A stretch of DNA of 64,000 bases, from positions 1,054,001 to 1,118,000 of the forward strand of contig JABVCE010000011.1 of assembly GCA_014905635.1 (NCBI GenBank), written 5' to 3'. The DNA comes from Scenedesmus sp. PABB004 (Eukaryota). Under the pieces are notes generated by a model. The model was not told where the DNA came from. It worked only from the letters and a program-made list of their open reading frames with translations, and made no database searches. The stretch's first letter is position 1, and each line of letters opens with the position of its first letter. Below are positions 12,218-24,320 of the stretch, in pieces. Position numbers and translations under genes: made by a program.

Positions 12218-12536
12218 TTCCGCCGGCCAGAGCGGCCCGCGCGCGGCGCGGCGCGGCGCGGCGGCGCACGAGCGGGCGCGAGCGGCGGCGCTTCAGCGCC
12301 GTTGAACTCGTCCCGAGCCTCGAGTCATTTGACTGCTGCAGCCCTCCCTCAGGCGCACCGCCCCCGCCCAGCCGGCGCGCCCCGCCGCCAGCGCAGCGCC
12401 GACCGCAGCAGCAGCGGCACAACTTCTCCGATAGCGGCCGCGCCGAGCGCTCCAAGCAGCCGGACGCATCACCTTTGCGCACGCAGCCTCGCTCGATCAG
12501 CGGCGGCAGCCCTGTGCGGCAGCAGCGCACCGCGGG

Positions 12537-15500
12537 ATGTTTCGGCCGTCCTGCGCCGCCGCGCAGGCGCGCCCGGCGCTGGCCCGGCGCTGGCTTGCGG
12601 CGCCCGTCCTCTGTCACGGCGTGCGGCCTGCGGTGGGATGTCAGGTGGGGCTGTCGCGGCGTCGTGCGGCGGCGGGCGCCGCGCTGCTGCCTGGCCGCGA
12701 CGCGCGCATGCATGCTGCCCGGCCCCCCGCGACGCCGCTCTGCCGCCTGCTCGCAGGCGTCCCTGAGCAGCATCAGCAGCAGCAGCAGCCGGCAGCTGGT
12801 CGCCACCGCGCGCAGCGGCGGCGCCGCAGCGGCCCTGCAGCCTGGAGCGCGGCGACGCCGCGGCGTCGCGGCCGCGGCGGCCGCGCCGCCGCCCGGCGAG
12901 GGCGCGCTGCCGGCTGACGACGACCTGGCGGCCGACGACAACATCATTCTCCTGGGCAGCGAGGACGAGGAGGACGACGAGCTCGGCCTCGGCGGCGCGG
13001 GCGATGCCGACTTTGTGCGGGCGATGGCGACCGCGCGGCGGCGCGCCGAGTCCGGCAGCAGCGGCGACGACGACGGCGACGACGACGGCTGGGACGACGG
13101 CGCGCGGCGCTCGTCGGAGGTGCGCGGCGGGGGGAGCCAGCGGGGCGCGCCCGCCGCCCCCGGCGTCCGCAACCGCGCGCTGCCGCGCCGCGCGCCGCCC
13201 CGGCCGCGCGGCCGCGCGCTCGCAGGACGGCGACGACGACGCCTTCTGGTCGACCCACCGCGAGCGCGTGTACCTGGTCGGCGTGAGCTGCAGCGGCCGC
13301 GCCGGCGGCGGCGGCGGCGCGCGGCGGCGCGGCGGCGAGGCCGCGTACAGCGTCACGGAGTCGCTGGAGGAGCTCGGGCGCCTCGCCGAGACGGCGGGGC
13401 TGCAGGTCGTGGGCAGCACGTACCAGGCGCTCGAGGCGCCGAGCAACGCGACCTACATCGGCAGCGGCAAGGTCGCCGAGGTCGCGCAGGCGGTCGCCGC
13501 GTTCAAGGCGCGGACGGACGCCGGCATCGCCCGCGCAGGCCGGCCGCCGGCGCGCGCCCGCGCGCAACACGTGCGACGCGTGCCGCGTGCCGCCGCCGCC
13601 GCGCGCGCTCGGCGCCGCGCGCCGCAGGTGGACACGGTCATTTTTGACGACGAGCTTTCTCCTGGGCAGCTGCGCAACCTGGAGAAGGCGTTTGCGCGCA
13701 AGGACGGCCAGCAGGCGCGCGCGCGGGGGTGCCGCCTGGCTGTAGCGGCTGCGGTCCCCCCGGCGGCGCGCGCGGCGGGGCCGCGCCCGGCGACGCCCGC
13801 GCCGCGCCGCGCCGCGCCGCAGGTCGCCGTGGCGGACCGCACCGCGCTCATCCTGGACATTTTCAGCCAGCGCGCGCGCACGCGCGAGGGCAAGCTGCAG
13901 GCGCGCGCGCTGCCCTGCGCGTCCGCCGCCGCGCCGCGCTCTGCCCGTGCCGTGCCCGCCGCCCGCGCGCCCGGCCCCGCGCGCCCGGCCCCGCGCGCCC
14001 GCGAGCCCCTTCCTGCCCGCCCGCGCCCTCCTCCCCTCCCCCTCCCCTCCCCTCCCCAGGTGGAGCTCGCGCAGACGGAGTACCAGCTGCCGCGCCTCAC
14101 GCGCATGTGGACGCACCTCGACCGCGTGGCCGGCGGCGGGCAGGTCAAGGGCGCGGGCGAGAAGCAGATCGAGATCGACAAGCGCCTCCTGCGCGACCGC
14201 GCGGCGGCGCTGCGCCGCGAGCTGCAGGCCGTGCGCACGCACCGCGCCGCGCACCGCAGCCGCCGCAGCGACGCGCCCATCCCCGTCGTCGCGCTCGTGG
14301 GCTACACCAACGCGGGTGCGGCGCACCGCCGCCGCCCGCCCGCGCCCTCGCTCGCGCTGCGTCCCCCCTTGCGGCGCGCCGCCGCTCCCCTCCCCGCCCG
14401 CGCGCGCCGCCCGCGCACCCGCGCCCGCGCACGCCGAGCCCGCCCCCGCTGCCGCGCACCCGCTGCCCGGCAGGCAAATCTACGCTGCTCAACACGCTCA
14501 CCGCGGCGGGCGTGCTGGCGGAGGACAAGCTCTTTGCCACGCTCGACCCCACGACGCGCAAGGCGCGCGCGCTGGGACAGCGGGGCCTAGGTTCAGGGCG
14601 ACGGCGGCCAGCGGCAACGGGGCTCCTGATCCTGCCGCGGGCGTGCAGGTCAAGGAAACGCCACGCGCGCGCACCAACGAATCACGCGCTGCGCTCGGGG
14701 CGCCGCCGCGCGCAGGTCCGGCTGGACGGCAACCTGGAGGTCCTCTTTAGCGACACGGTCGGATTCATTCAGAAGCTGCCCACGCAGTTGGTTGCAGCGT
14801 TCAGGGCGACGCTGGAGGAGATTGCGGCCGCCGCGGTGGTGCTGCACGTGCTCGACGTCTCCGCGCCAAACGCGGCCGCGCAGTGCGCGGCGGTGCTCAA
14901 GGCGCGGCGCAGCCGGCGCCGCGGCGCCCGCGGCCGGGCGGCGGCTCCCTCCCCTCCTCCCCGCTGAGCGCGCCGGCACGCGCCGCGCGCCGCGGCAGGT
15001 GCTGGAGGAGCTGGGCGTGCAGGACCTGCCGCTCGTGACGGCATGGAACAAGCTCGACGCGTGCCCCGCGCCCGACGCGGTGCGCTCGCTCGCGGCGGCG
15101 CGGCCCGACACCGTTGCGATCAGCGGGGCGACCGGGGAGGGCATGGACGCGCTGCTGGCGGCGATCGGGGACAAGCTCGCGGAGGCGATGGTGGAGGTGC
15201 AGGTGCGCGCCGTGCCGCCGCCGCGCCGCCGCCGCCGCCGCCCGCCCATGCCGCCTGCCACCGCGCCACCCCCCCCCCCCCACACACACACACACACCCT
15301 CGCCGCAGGTGCTGCTGCCCTACTCTGCCGGCGCGCTGCTGGACGACGTGCACAAGATGGGCGTCGTGAGCGCCGAGGCCTACACCGAGGCCGGCACGTC
15401 GCTCACCGCGCGCGTGCCGCGCTGCCTCGTCGGCCGGCTGGCGCGCGCGGCGGCCGACGCCGCGGCGGCGGGCGGCAGCGTCAGCAGCGGCGTGTTCAGC

Positions 15501-15848
15501 GTGCTCGACGACGGCGACAACGGGCAGCTCGGCTCGGCGACGATCGAGGACGCCGAGTACGGCGCGCTGCCCGCGCTCGGGCTCGAGCTCGACTCGGCCA
15601 GCCTCGACGCGCTCGAGCGCGGCGCGGGCGAGGACGACGCGGGCGCGTGGGCGGGCGCCGCGGCGGGCAGCGGCGGCGGCGGCGGCGCCCCGGCGGATGA
15701 CCGCTACGAGCCGGCGGCGGCGGGGAGCCGCGCGGGCAAGCGCGCCGCGGCGGCGGCGCGCGCGGCGCAGTCGAGCAGCCTGCGCGCGCACCAGCTGCCG
15801 CCCGAGTGGGCGGAGGTGCTCGCGGGGTCGGCCGCGAGCAGCGTGTGA
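12537..15848 (+). CDS. hflX: HflX ribosome-associated GTPase, probably plastid-targeted
   Basis: [66 protein letters not shown]1 [22 protein letters not shown]3 DTVGFI, G4 NKLD. Nine introns, six with GC donors. The first exon ([10 protein letters not shown]) is inferred. Confidence 0.95.
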
Positions 15849-16555
15849 GCGCGTGAGAGCGCGCCGCACGGTGGTTACTCCCCGCCGACACACCCGCCCG
15901 CCGACCGGGCCGTCCGCCCACCGCCCCCAAAGCCCCATTCGGTTCGTCCCGCAGCCCCCGCCCCCCTTTGGTCCGACGACGACGGAGCTGCTGCTCACCC
16001 TGGGAGCCGGGGGTCATGCAGACGCGCGGTCGGGGGACGCCCCCGTGCGCCAGCGAGCCGAGCCGAGCGACCGATCCAACCGGGGAGCGGTTCGCCGCCG
16101 CAACAGCAAAGAGAAGTGGATCGCCAGCGCCGCACGGGTCGGCGGCAAGCAGTGACCTGGGAAGGGACGCCCCCACTCGTGCGGGGCCGCGGCGCGGCGG
16201 GCCGACCCCGCGCGCGCGCGCGCGCGCTGCCACCGCGACGGCCCCGAAACAAACAGTGCCACCAGCCGCCGGGCCGGCCCCGGCGGCCCCCAGGCACGGC
16301 CTGGAACGTCAAGTGCGGGGGCCGGGCGCGCGCGGGTCGGCCGTGCCACCCGCGCCGCGCGCGCGGCCAACGGTCCGACGGCGACGCCACGAGTCGGTCG
16401 CAGCAGTGGTACTGCTCAGATACGGCCACTGAAGCCAGCGCGCGCGCGTCAGCGCGCCGGCCCCCGAGGGAGCGAGGGAGAGAGAGAGGGAGAAACAGCG
16501 CGAGAGAGAGGGAGGGGCCCACATCGGCCGGCCGGCCGCGCCTGCGGCGCCGCGC

Positions 16556-16960
16556 TCAGAGCGCGGCGCCGTGCGGCACGCGCAGCGCCGCGAGCGCGCC
16601 CGACGGCGGGCACGCGCGCGACTCAAACGTCCCGACGCCCGCCTTGACCTTTGCGACGAGGCGCATGCGGTCCATGGGCGTGAGCTTGATGCAGCCGCCG
16701 GTGTCGATCGCGGTCAGCATCGGCAGGCGCAGCAGCGCCGACACAGCCTCCTGCTTCAGCGCCGTCGCGCCGCAGAGGCTCAGCTTGAGCGGCGAGACCT
16801 CGGCCCGCATGCGCCCGCAGATGCTGTCCACGAGCGCCTTGACGCCCTCGTTGTCGAGGTGGCTGTACTGCGGCCGCGGCATGCTCGGCTGCTGCCGGTA
16901 CGCGTGCGAGTCGAGCGCGAGCTCGCGCAGCGGGAGCAGCCCGATCACCTGCGCGCGCGC

Positions 16961-16998
<38 letters not shown>

Positions 16999-17426
16999 CG
17001 GTCACGCGCGCGCACAGCAGCGCGCCGCGCTGCGCGCGCCCAGCACCGCCGCGCGCTGCGCCGCCGCGGCCCGCGGCCCCGCGCGCACCCGCAGCTGCTC
17101 CGTGGAGAGCATCATGCCCTTGACCTCCAGCTCCAGGCCGCGCAGGCAGGGCGCGGCGTTGAGGTAGAAGAGCGCGGCGTCGAGCTCCAGCGGGCTGGCC
17201 ACGAGGAACGCGAGGCGGCGCAGCGCGGGGCACGCCGACACGGCGGCCTGCACGTTGGCGGCGGGGCCGTCGAGCTGCAGCTCGGTGAGCCCGGGGCAGC
17301 GCTGGATGAGGGGAGCGAGACTGTCCACGTTGGCAAAGCGCACGTGCAGCCGGCGCAGCGACGCGTACGCCGCCGGGCCGCCGCCCGCCCGCGCCGCGTG
17401 GGCCGGCGCCTCCGGCGCCTGCTCCA

Positions 17427-17467
<41 letters not shown>

Positions 17468-18783
17468 TCCGGCTGCTGCTGCTCCAGCTGCTGCTGCTCC
17501 GGCTGCTGCTGCTCCGGCTGCGCCGGCTGCTCGTGCGCCGCCGCCGCGTGCCGGCTGCTGCCGGCGGCGGCGCCGCCCTCGGCGCCGCCGCCGCGCTCCG
17601 CGCCGTGCAGCGTGAGGCCCGACGTCACCTGCGACGCGAGCGCCGCCGTGGCCGCCGCGGGCACGCTGATGCTGGTCGAGTCGCTCGCGGCGATGCTGCT
17701 GCTGTCGTCGCTGCTGCCGTCGCCGTCCGAGAGCAGGCTGTCCGACGCGTCGCTGCTCAGCCGGTGGCGCGCCACGCCGCCCGGCCCCGCCGCCGCGAGC
17801 TGCGCCGCCGCCGCGCCGCCGCCGGCGCCGCCGCCCGCGTGCTGCGGGCTGCCGATGCTGCGCGCGCCGCGCGCCTCGGGCGCGGGCCGCCACCACGCGC
17901 CGCTCGCGCGCAGGGCGCCCCAGTCCACGCCCTCCGCGCCCTCGATGTGCAGCGACTCGAGCTGGCGGCAGCCGCCGAGCAGCTGCGGCAGGAACGCGCC
18001 CGCCACGCCGGGGCCGGCGTCCTCGATCGTGAACTGCTTCAGCAGCGGCGCGCCGCGCACGAGCGCCGACAGCCCCGCGTCGGTCACGCACGCGCAGCCG
18101 AGCAGCTTCACGCTCGTGAGCCGCGCGCCCGCCGCGGCCGTGACGTTGGCGAGCACCTCGTCCGTCACCGCCTCGCCCGAGAGCGTGACGTCGGTGTAGC
18201 CTGCGGCGCAGGGAGGCGGTGGCGGCGGCGGCGGCGTGGGCGGCCGGCGGCGGCGGCGCGCGGGCGAGCAGCAGCGGCGCCTTCCCCGCCGCCGCCGTCG
18301 CCGCGCCCCTGGCGTGCCCGCGGCCGGGCCGCGGGCCGCGGCGGCCGCCCGGGACCGCGACCGTCCCACGCGCGGCCGCGCAGCCCCCGGCGCGGCGGGG
18401 GCGGGCCCCGGCGAGCCCGGGCGACCCCCGGCGCTCGCCCCGCCCCCGCGCGCCGCGGGGCCCGCCCGCCCCCTCGAGCCGCCCACGCGCCGCCCGGTCT
18501 CACCGCTGAGCAGGCGGCTGGCGCCCAGGAACGTGGCGCGCTTGCGCGCGAGCTCAGCTCGCCGAAAGCGGGCCGCCGTGGCGCGCGCGGGGCCCGAGAG
18601 GCCGCCGTTGTCGGCCCCATCGAACACCAGGCTCACGCCCGGCGGCACCTCGCCCGCGGTGGACCGCCAGCGCGGGCAGACGCCGCAGAGGGCGGTCAGG
18701 TGCAGCAGGCGATTGCCGGGCGCCGGCTCGTCCCGCACGGCCGCCGCGGCCACCAGGCGCACGATCTCGGGCGGCCAGTCCAT
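16556..18783 (-). CDS. F-box/leucine-rich-repeat (RNI-like) protein with poly-Q insert
   Basis: N-terminal DWPPEIVRLV...LCGVCPRWR (F-box-like). LRRs LTSVKLLGCACVTDAGLSALVRGAPLL, RCPGLTELQL and LTAIDTGGCIKLT. Two GT-AG introns. Confidence 0.8.
17426..17520 (-). repeat. CAG-rich coding repeat (QPEQQ/poly-Q)
   Basis: (CTG)n tracts on the + strand encoding [31 protein letters not shown]. Confidence 0.85.
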
Positions 18784-18921
18784 GGCTCCGACGCACTGGC
18801 GGCGCAGGGCCGGGGGCGAGCCCTTGGCGCCGCGCCGCCAGGGAGCGTTCGCGCGGTTCGGCGGCAGGGCCCGCGCCGCGCCGCGAGCGCAGCAGGGGCC
18901 GTGGCCACGCCCACGCCGCCC

Positions 18922-20294
18922 TCACTCGCCGCTCCCGCCCTCGCCGCCGCTCCCGCCGCCGCGCAGCAGCTCGTCGCCGGTCGCGAGCAGGCGCTGCAGC
19001 GTCGCGTCGGCCTCGCGGCGCATTGCGCTGATCGTCGCGTCCTTCTTGGCCAGCACGGCAGCGAGCCGCACCTGCACGCGCTCCAGCTCCAGCGCGTGCT
19101 GCGCGCGGAGCTCGCGGTCCTGCGCGCGGCGGCGGTGCGCGGCGCGGTGCGCTCGGCGGGGAGGGCCGGCGGCTCCCCCGCCGCGGGCGGCGCCGCGCCG
19201 CGCCCGACGCGTCCGCCCCAGCGCGCGGCGCGGCGCGCCCACCGTCGCGCGCGCCTCGCGCTGCGCCGCGGCCAGCTGTGCCCGCCAGCTGGCCTCCAGC
19301 GCGGCCCGCTCCGCCTGGGCGCGCGCCGCGCCGTCAGCGAGCGCCGCCTCGGCCGCCGCGAGCCGCTGCTGCAGCGCACCGGCCGCGGCGTCGTGCGCGG
19401 CCGATGCTGCGGCCGCCGCCGCCGCCACCGCCGCCTGCGCCGCCGCGAGCTCGCCCTCCGCCGCCGCGCAGCGCTCCTGCCTGCGCGACGGAAGCAGGCG
19501 GCGCCGCGGCTCCGCGCGCCGGACGGCCGCCGGCGCGCACGCGCACGCCCCGCGCCCGCCCGCGCCGCCCCCGCCTCACCACTGCGCCGCGGCGGCGGCC
19601 TCGCGCGCGACGCGCTCCGCCGCGACGGCCTGGACCGCCTCGACCTCGCCCTGCGACCACTCCTCCACCTCGGTCAGCAACGCCGCCGCCTGCGCGCGCG
19701 CGGCCTCGCGCTCGGCCGCCGCCGCCGCGTCGCGCTGCTCGAGCTGCGCGCGGATGTCGGCGAGCGCCTGGCGGTGCGCCGCGTTGCGCGCCGCGAGCGC
19801 CTCGGCGTGGCCCGCGTCGCGCGCCGCGAGCGCCTCGGCGTGCCCCGCCTCCAGCGCCGCGAGCGCCTCCGCGCCGCGCTCCGCCTGCGCTGCCAGCGCG
19901 CGCTTGTCCCTGCGCGCGCCCCAGGACGGCGGCGCGCCGCGCGGGCCGTCAACGCGCGGGTCAACAGGGCGCGCTCACGGCGGGGCTCGGCGCTCGCCAC
20001 CGCCGCACCGCCGCACCGCTCGGCGTGCTGCCTCGCCTTGGCGGCGCGCTCCAGGCTGTCCTTGAGCCGGGCCTGCGCGGCCGCGAGCTCGCGGCCCTGC
20101 GCCTCCAGCGCCGCCTCGAACGCCGCGCGCTGCTGCGCGAGCGCCGCGGTCTCCGCCTCCTTGGCCCTCGCCCGCCCGTCCGCGAGCCAGGCCTGGTCCG
20201 CCTTCATCACCGCCACCTGGGCCTTGAGCTGGTCGTAGGCCGCGCGGCGGCCGCCGCCGCCGCCGGCGGCGACGCGCTCGCCGTCGGGCGCCAT
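18922..20294 (-). CDS. Coiled-coil protein with CEP131/AZI1-like C-terminus
   Basis: Ala/Glu/Arg heptad-rich exons joined by three GT-AG introns. The C-terminal LELERVQVRLAAVLAKKDATISAMR resembles the conserved CEP131 tail (recalled similarity, not searched). Confidence 0.55.
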
Positions 20295-20558
20295 CGCTGA
20301 CCGTGCACAGCAGCGCTTGCGCGGCGGTCTGTGAGTGTTTTTCGCTCAGCCCGAGCTCTCCCGGCAACATAGGCGCCCGCCAGGCGCGCAGGGCACAGCG
20401 CGGGCCAGACCTCGGCGCGCCAGGCGCTGGCCTCGGCCGCACCGGCGCGCCGCGGGCAGTCCTCGGTTGCACCCGTAGCTGTCACACGCACCTGCGAACC
20501 GCCTCGGCAGCAGCGCTCCTGGCTTGGCCGCGCCGCAGCAACAGCGCTCACGCCAAAC

Positions 20559-22274
20559 ATGCTCCTGGGGGCGCGCTCCGCCACGCAGCTGCGGCGAATT
20601 GCCGCGCCGCGGCACCTACGGGCGCGGCAGTCGCGCCTGGTCACCGCGGCCGCCGCGCAGAAGCAGGACGTGCTCCTTCGCAGGCACGAGTGGCCGCCGC
20701 TGCGCCCGCCGCCCGCCGCCGCGCATGCGCGGGCGCGCCGCGCCCCCCTTGCAGCTGCCCGGCAGCTCACCGGCGCGCCCTTCGGCTCACCCGCTGCCGC
20801 CGCCGCCACCTGCGCTGCAGCCTGAGCGACATGGGGGAGGTCGCGGTGCTGGTGGCCGACGGCACCCAGCTGGTCCAGGAGGCGATGACCCGCCACAAGA
20901 CGGCGCCGACCGCGACCGCCGCGCTCGGCCGCACGCTGCTGGGCGCGGCGCTGCTGGGCGCGTACCGCAAGGAGGAGGAGCAGATCCAGGTGCGCGCGGC
21001 GGGGGGGGGGGGGGCACACGGCAGAAGTAGGGGAGGCAGCGGCTGGCGCGCGCCGCACGTGCGCGACGCAGCGCGCCCACGCGCGCGCCGTTGGCACCCG
21101 CGCGCGCTCGCCGCGCGCAGATCCAGTTCAAGGGCGACGGCCCGCTCGGCGGCATCCTCGCGGTCGCTGACACGCGCGGCCAGGTCAAGGGCAAGGTCGG
21201 CAACGCAGCCGCCGACCCGCCGCTGCGCCCCGATGGCAAGCTGGCGGTCGGGGCCGCGGTCGGCCAGGGTGCGTGCGGCGCGAGCGCCGGTGGTCGCCGC
21301 GCCGACTGCGCCGCGCGCCGCGCGCCGCGCGCCGCCGGCCGACCGCGCCCGCGCCACCCGCGCGCCGGCGCGCAGGCCAGCTGTGCGTGACGCGCAGCCA
21401 CCCGGGGCAGCCGCGGCCGTACATGGGAGTCGTGAATATCGTGAGCGGCGAGGTGGCCGAAGACCTTGCCACGTACTTGGTGCGCGGATCGGCCGCGCAG
21501 CGGACGCGGGCGGCGCAGCGCGGCGCGGGCGCGGACACGCGGCGGGGCCCGCAGCGGCGGCCGAGTGGGCGCCCGCGCGCTGCAGGCGGAGAGCGAGCAG
21601 ACCAACTCGGCGCTCGCGCTGGGCGTGTGCATCGGCCGCGACCTCAACGTGCGCTCGGCGGGCGGGTACCTGGTGCAGGTGTGTGCGCCCCGCGCCGCGC
21701 CGCGCCGCGCCGCGCGGCGGCGGCAGTCTGCCAGCGGACCGGCCGGCCGGCGGGCGCCTCACGCGGCGCGGCGCGCGCGCCGCCGCCGCCGCCGCAGGTG
21801 CTGCCGTTTTGCAGCGACGAGACGCTGGACCAGCTGGAGGCCAACCTCACCGGCATGCCCTCCATGACCGCGCTGCTGAACGAGGGCCTCACGCCGCAGC
21901 AGATCACGGACCGCATCCTCGCCGGCCTCGGCAGCAGCGCGAGCGGCGAGAGCATCGTGCCGCGGTGGGCGGGGACGCGCGCGGCGCGCGGCGGGGGGGG
22001 GGGGGGCAGCGCGGCGCTGAGCGCGCAGCGCGGCGGGGGCGCTGCAGCTTGCGCGGGCGCCGACGCGTGGGCCCCCGCCGCCGCCGCCGCTGCGCCCAGG
22101 TACGGGCCGTGCCAGGCGGCGGAGCTCAAGGGCCGCATGCTGCGCGCCGTCGCGTCGCTGGGCGCGGCCGAGGTCAAGAGCATCATCGAGGAGCAGGGGC
22201 ACGTCGAGGTGACGTGCGAGCTCTGCAACGAGCAGTTCAGGTTTGCTGAGCAGGAAGTCATGGAGTATGTGTGA
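20559..22274 (+). CDS. HSP33: HSP33 redox-regulated chaperone, plastid-targeted
   Basis: HKTAPTATAALGRTLLGA, IQFKGDGPLGGI, SGEVAEDLATYL-AESEQTNS, AGGYLVQVLP, VEVTCELCNEQF. Six introns, the first with a GC donor at 20684. Confidence 0.95.
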
Positions 22275-22288
22275 GGCTGCTGCGCGGG

Positions 22289-22293
22289 TGTAA
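22289..22293 (+). terminator. Chlorophyte poly(A) signal TGTAA
   Basis: TGTAA 15 nt after the HSP33 stop. Confidence 0.55.
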
Positions 22294-22710
22294 GCTGCTG
22301 CGAGTGCGTGGCGTGGCGCGGTCCGCACGCCGGGCAGCGGCTGGCCGGCGGGCCGGCTGGCCGGCGGGCCGCGCCGCCGCGCGCTCGGCCACCCCAGCTG
22401 CTCGCCGACCGGCCGCGACCGAGGGCGGCCCAGCCGCCTGCCGCCCGGCAGCGGCGGCGGCTTCGGCGGCAGCCGCGCCGCCGGCAGCGGCAGCGCGGGC
22501 ACGCGCGCGGCGCGCCGCAAGGCGGACCGAGCAGTCTGGCGCCAGGCACCGGAACGGCCGGAAATGCGCGCTGCGGCTGCAAGCAAAAGCCGCCGCCGGG
22601 CCCATCGCGTTTTTGCGATGCGAGCCCCGGGCCATGCTCGCCGGGCGGCCGCGCGCCCGCCCTTTTTCGCCGACGACCGCAGAGCGGCTGCTTTCGTCGG
22701 AAGGAGCACC

Positions 22711-24320
22711 ATGCCGTTCAAGCGCTACGTGGAGATCGGGCGGGTGGCCCTGGTCACGTTTGGCGAGGACTACGGCAAGCTCGTGGTCATCTCCGACGTG
22801 GTCGACCAGAACCGGGTGCGGCGCGGCCCGGCGGCGGGCGCGGGCGATGCGCGGTGCCCGATGGCGCCGCAGCTCGGCGGCCGGAGCCGCTGCGGGCGCG
22901 GCGCCGGGCTGGGGGCGCGGCGGGGCGCGGCCATGGCGCCGGGGCCGGCGCGCCACCGCGGCCGGGGCGGGCAGCAGCTCGGGGGCCGGCAGAGGCAGCC
23001 GGCTGCTGCAGGGCGGAGCAGCACCAGCCCCGGCCGGGGCCGCAGCCCAGGCCGGCGCAGCGGGAGCGGCGGCGGTTCACCAGCCCGGCGGCGCGACGGC
23101 CGGCCAGCGGGCGCGCCGGCGGCGGGCTCGCGGCAGCAGCGGCGGCCGCCGTCGTGTGCTGCTGGCCGGCGGAGCGACCGCGCGCGGTCGCTGCAGCGCG
23201 CGGCGTGCAGCCTGAGCACGCTGGAGCCGCGGCGGCAGGGCAGCAGCCGCTGGCGGCGCAGCAGCAGCGGGAGCCGCTGCAGCAGCAGCGCCGGCGGCGC
23301 CCCTCGCGCGGCGACGCCACGGCCGGGGTCGGTGCACGGTCCCTGTTGCGCTTCGGAGTGCCCGTTGCGCTTGCTGCAGCGCAACGGGAACCGTGCGCCG
23401 ACCCCGGCCACAGTCTCCGCGCCCGCGAGTCGCCGCGTCGGATGCAGCCGGCGGCCGCCGCGCCGGCCGCGGCGCGGCGCACCCGGGCAGCGCGCGCGCC
23501 CAGCAGCGGGGGGGGGGGGGGGGGGGGGGGGCGGGGAGGGGCAGCCGAACGCGGCGCGCCGGCCGCGGCCGCTCGGCGTCACCGGCGCCGCGCCCGCCGC
23601 AGCAGCAGCGGCGCTCACGCGCGCCCCTCCGCGCGCGCAGGCGCTCGTGGACGCGCCGACGGAGGCGCGCCGCGTGATGAACTTCAAGCGCCTCACGCTG
23701 ACCGACCTCACGGTCGAGATCCCGCGCCTGGCCAGCAAGAAGGTCCTCACCCAGGCCTTCAACGCTGCCGGTGAGCGGCGCGCGCGGCCGGCGAGGGCCG
23801 CGGGGGGACCGCGGGCGCGGCGCGGCCGGCGAGCGCGGCGGCAGGGCGGGGCGTGCCGGCGCGGCGGCGGCGGCGGCGGCGGCGGCGGCAGCGGCGGCAG
23901 CGGCGGCGGCGGCGACGGCGGCGACGGCAGCGGAGGGGCCGCAGCGGCACCGGCAGCGCGCGGCGAGCGGCAACGGCAGCAGGGCGGCTCCTGCGCTCGC
24001 GCGCGCGCGCGCGCACATGCGCACGCGGCAATGGCGGCGCGTGCCCTGCGCACCCTGCGCGCCCTGCGCACCCTGCGCGCCCTGCGCGCCCTGCGCGCCC
24101 TCACGCCCTGGCCACCGGCGCCGCGCGCCGCCCCCGCCGCGCGCGCCGCGCAGACGTCGCCGGCAAGTTTGCGGCGTCCGCGTGGGGCAAGAAGCTGGCG
24201 GCGCGGTCGGCCAAGGCCAGCATGTCTGACTTTGACCGCTACGCCGCGATGGTCGCCAAGGCCAAGAAGAACCGCGCCGCGCGCAAGGCGTTCAACCAGC
24301 TGAAGAAGGCGGCCGCCTAG
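22711..24320 (+). CDS. RPL14: 60S ribosomal protein L14 (eL14)
   Basis: [15 protein letters not shown]...[20 protein letters not shown]...[10 protein letters not shown]...|...SAWGKKL...MSDFDRY. Introns 22816-23640 (825 nt) and 23771-24153. Confidence 0.97.
23321..23409 (+). ncRNA. Candidate intronic pre-miRNA-like hairpin
   Basis: Arms 23321-23352 and 23378-23409 pair at 31 of 32 positions (two G-U pairs, one C-A mismatch) around a 25-nt loop. Function is inferred only. Confidence 0.5.
24043..24096. repeat. 9-bp intronic tandem repeat x6
   Basis: (R)CCCTGCGC six times in RPL14 intron 2. Confidence 0.85.
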
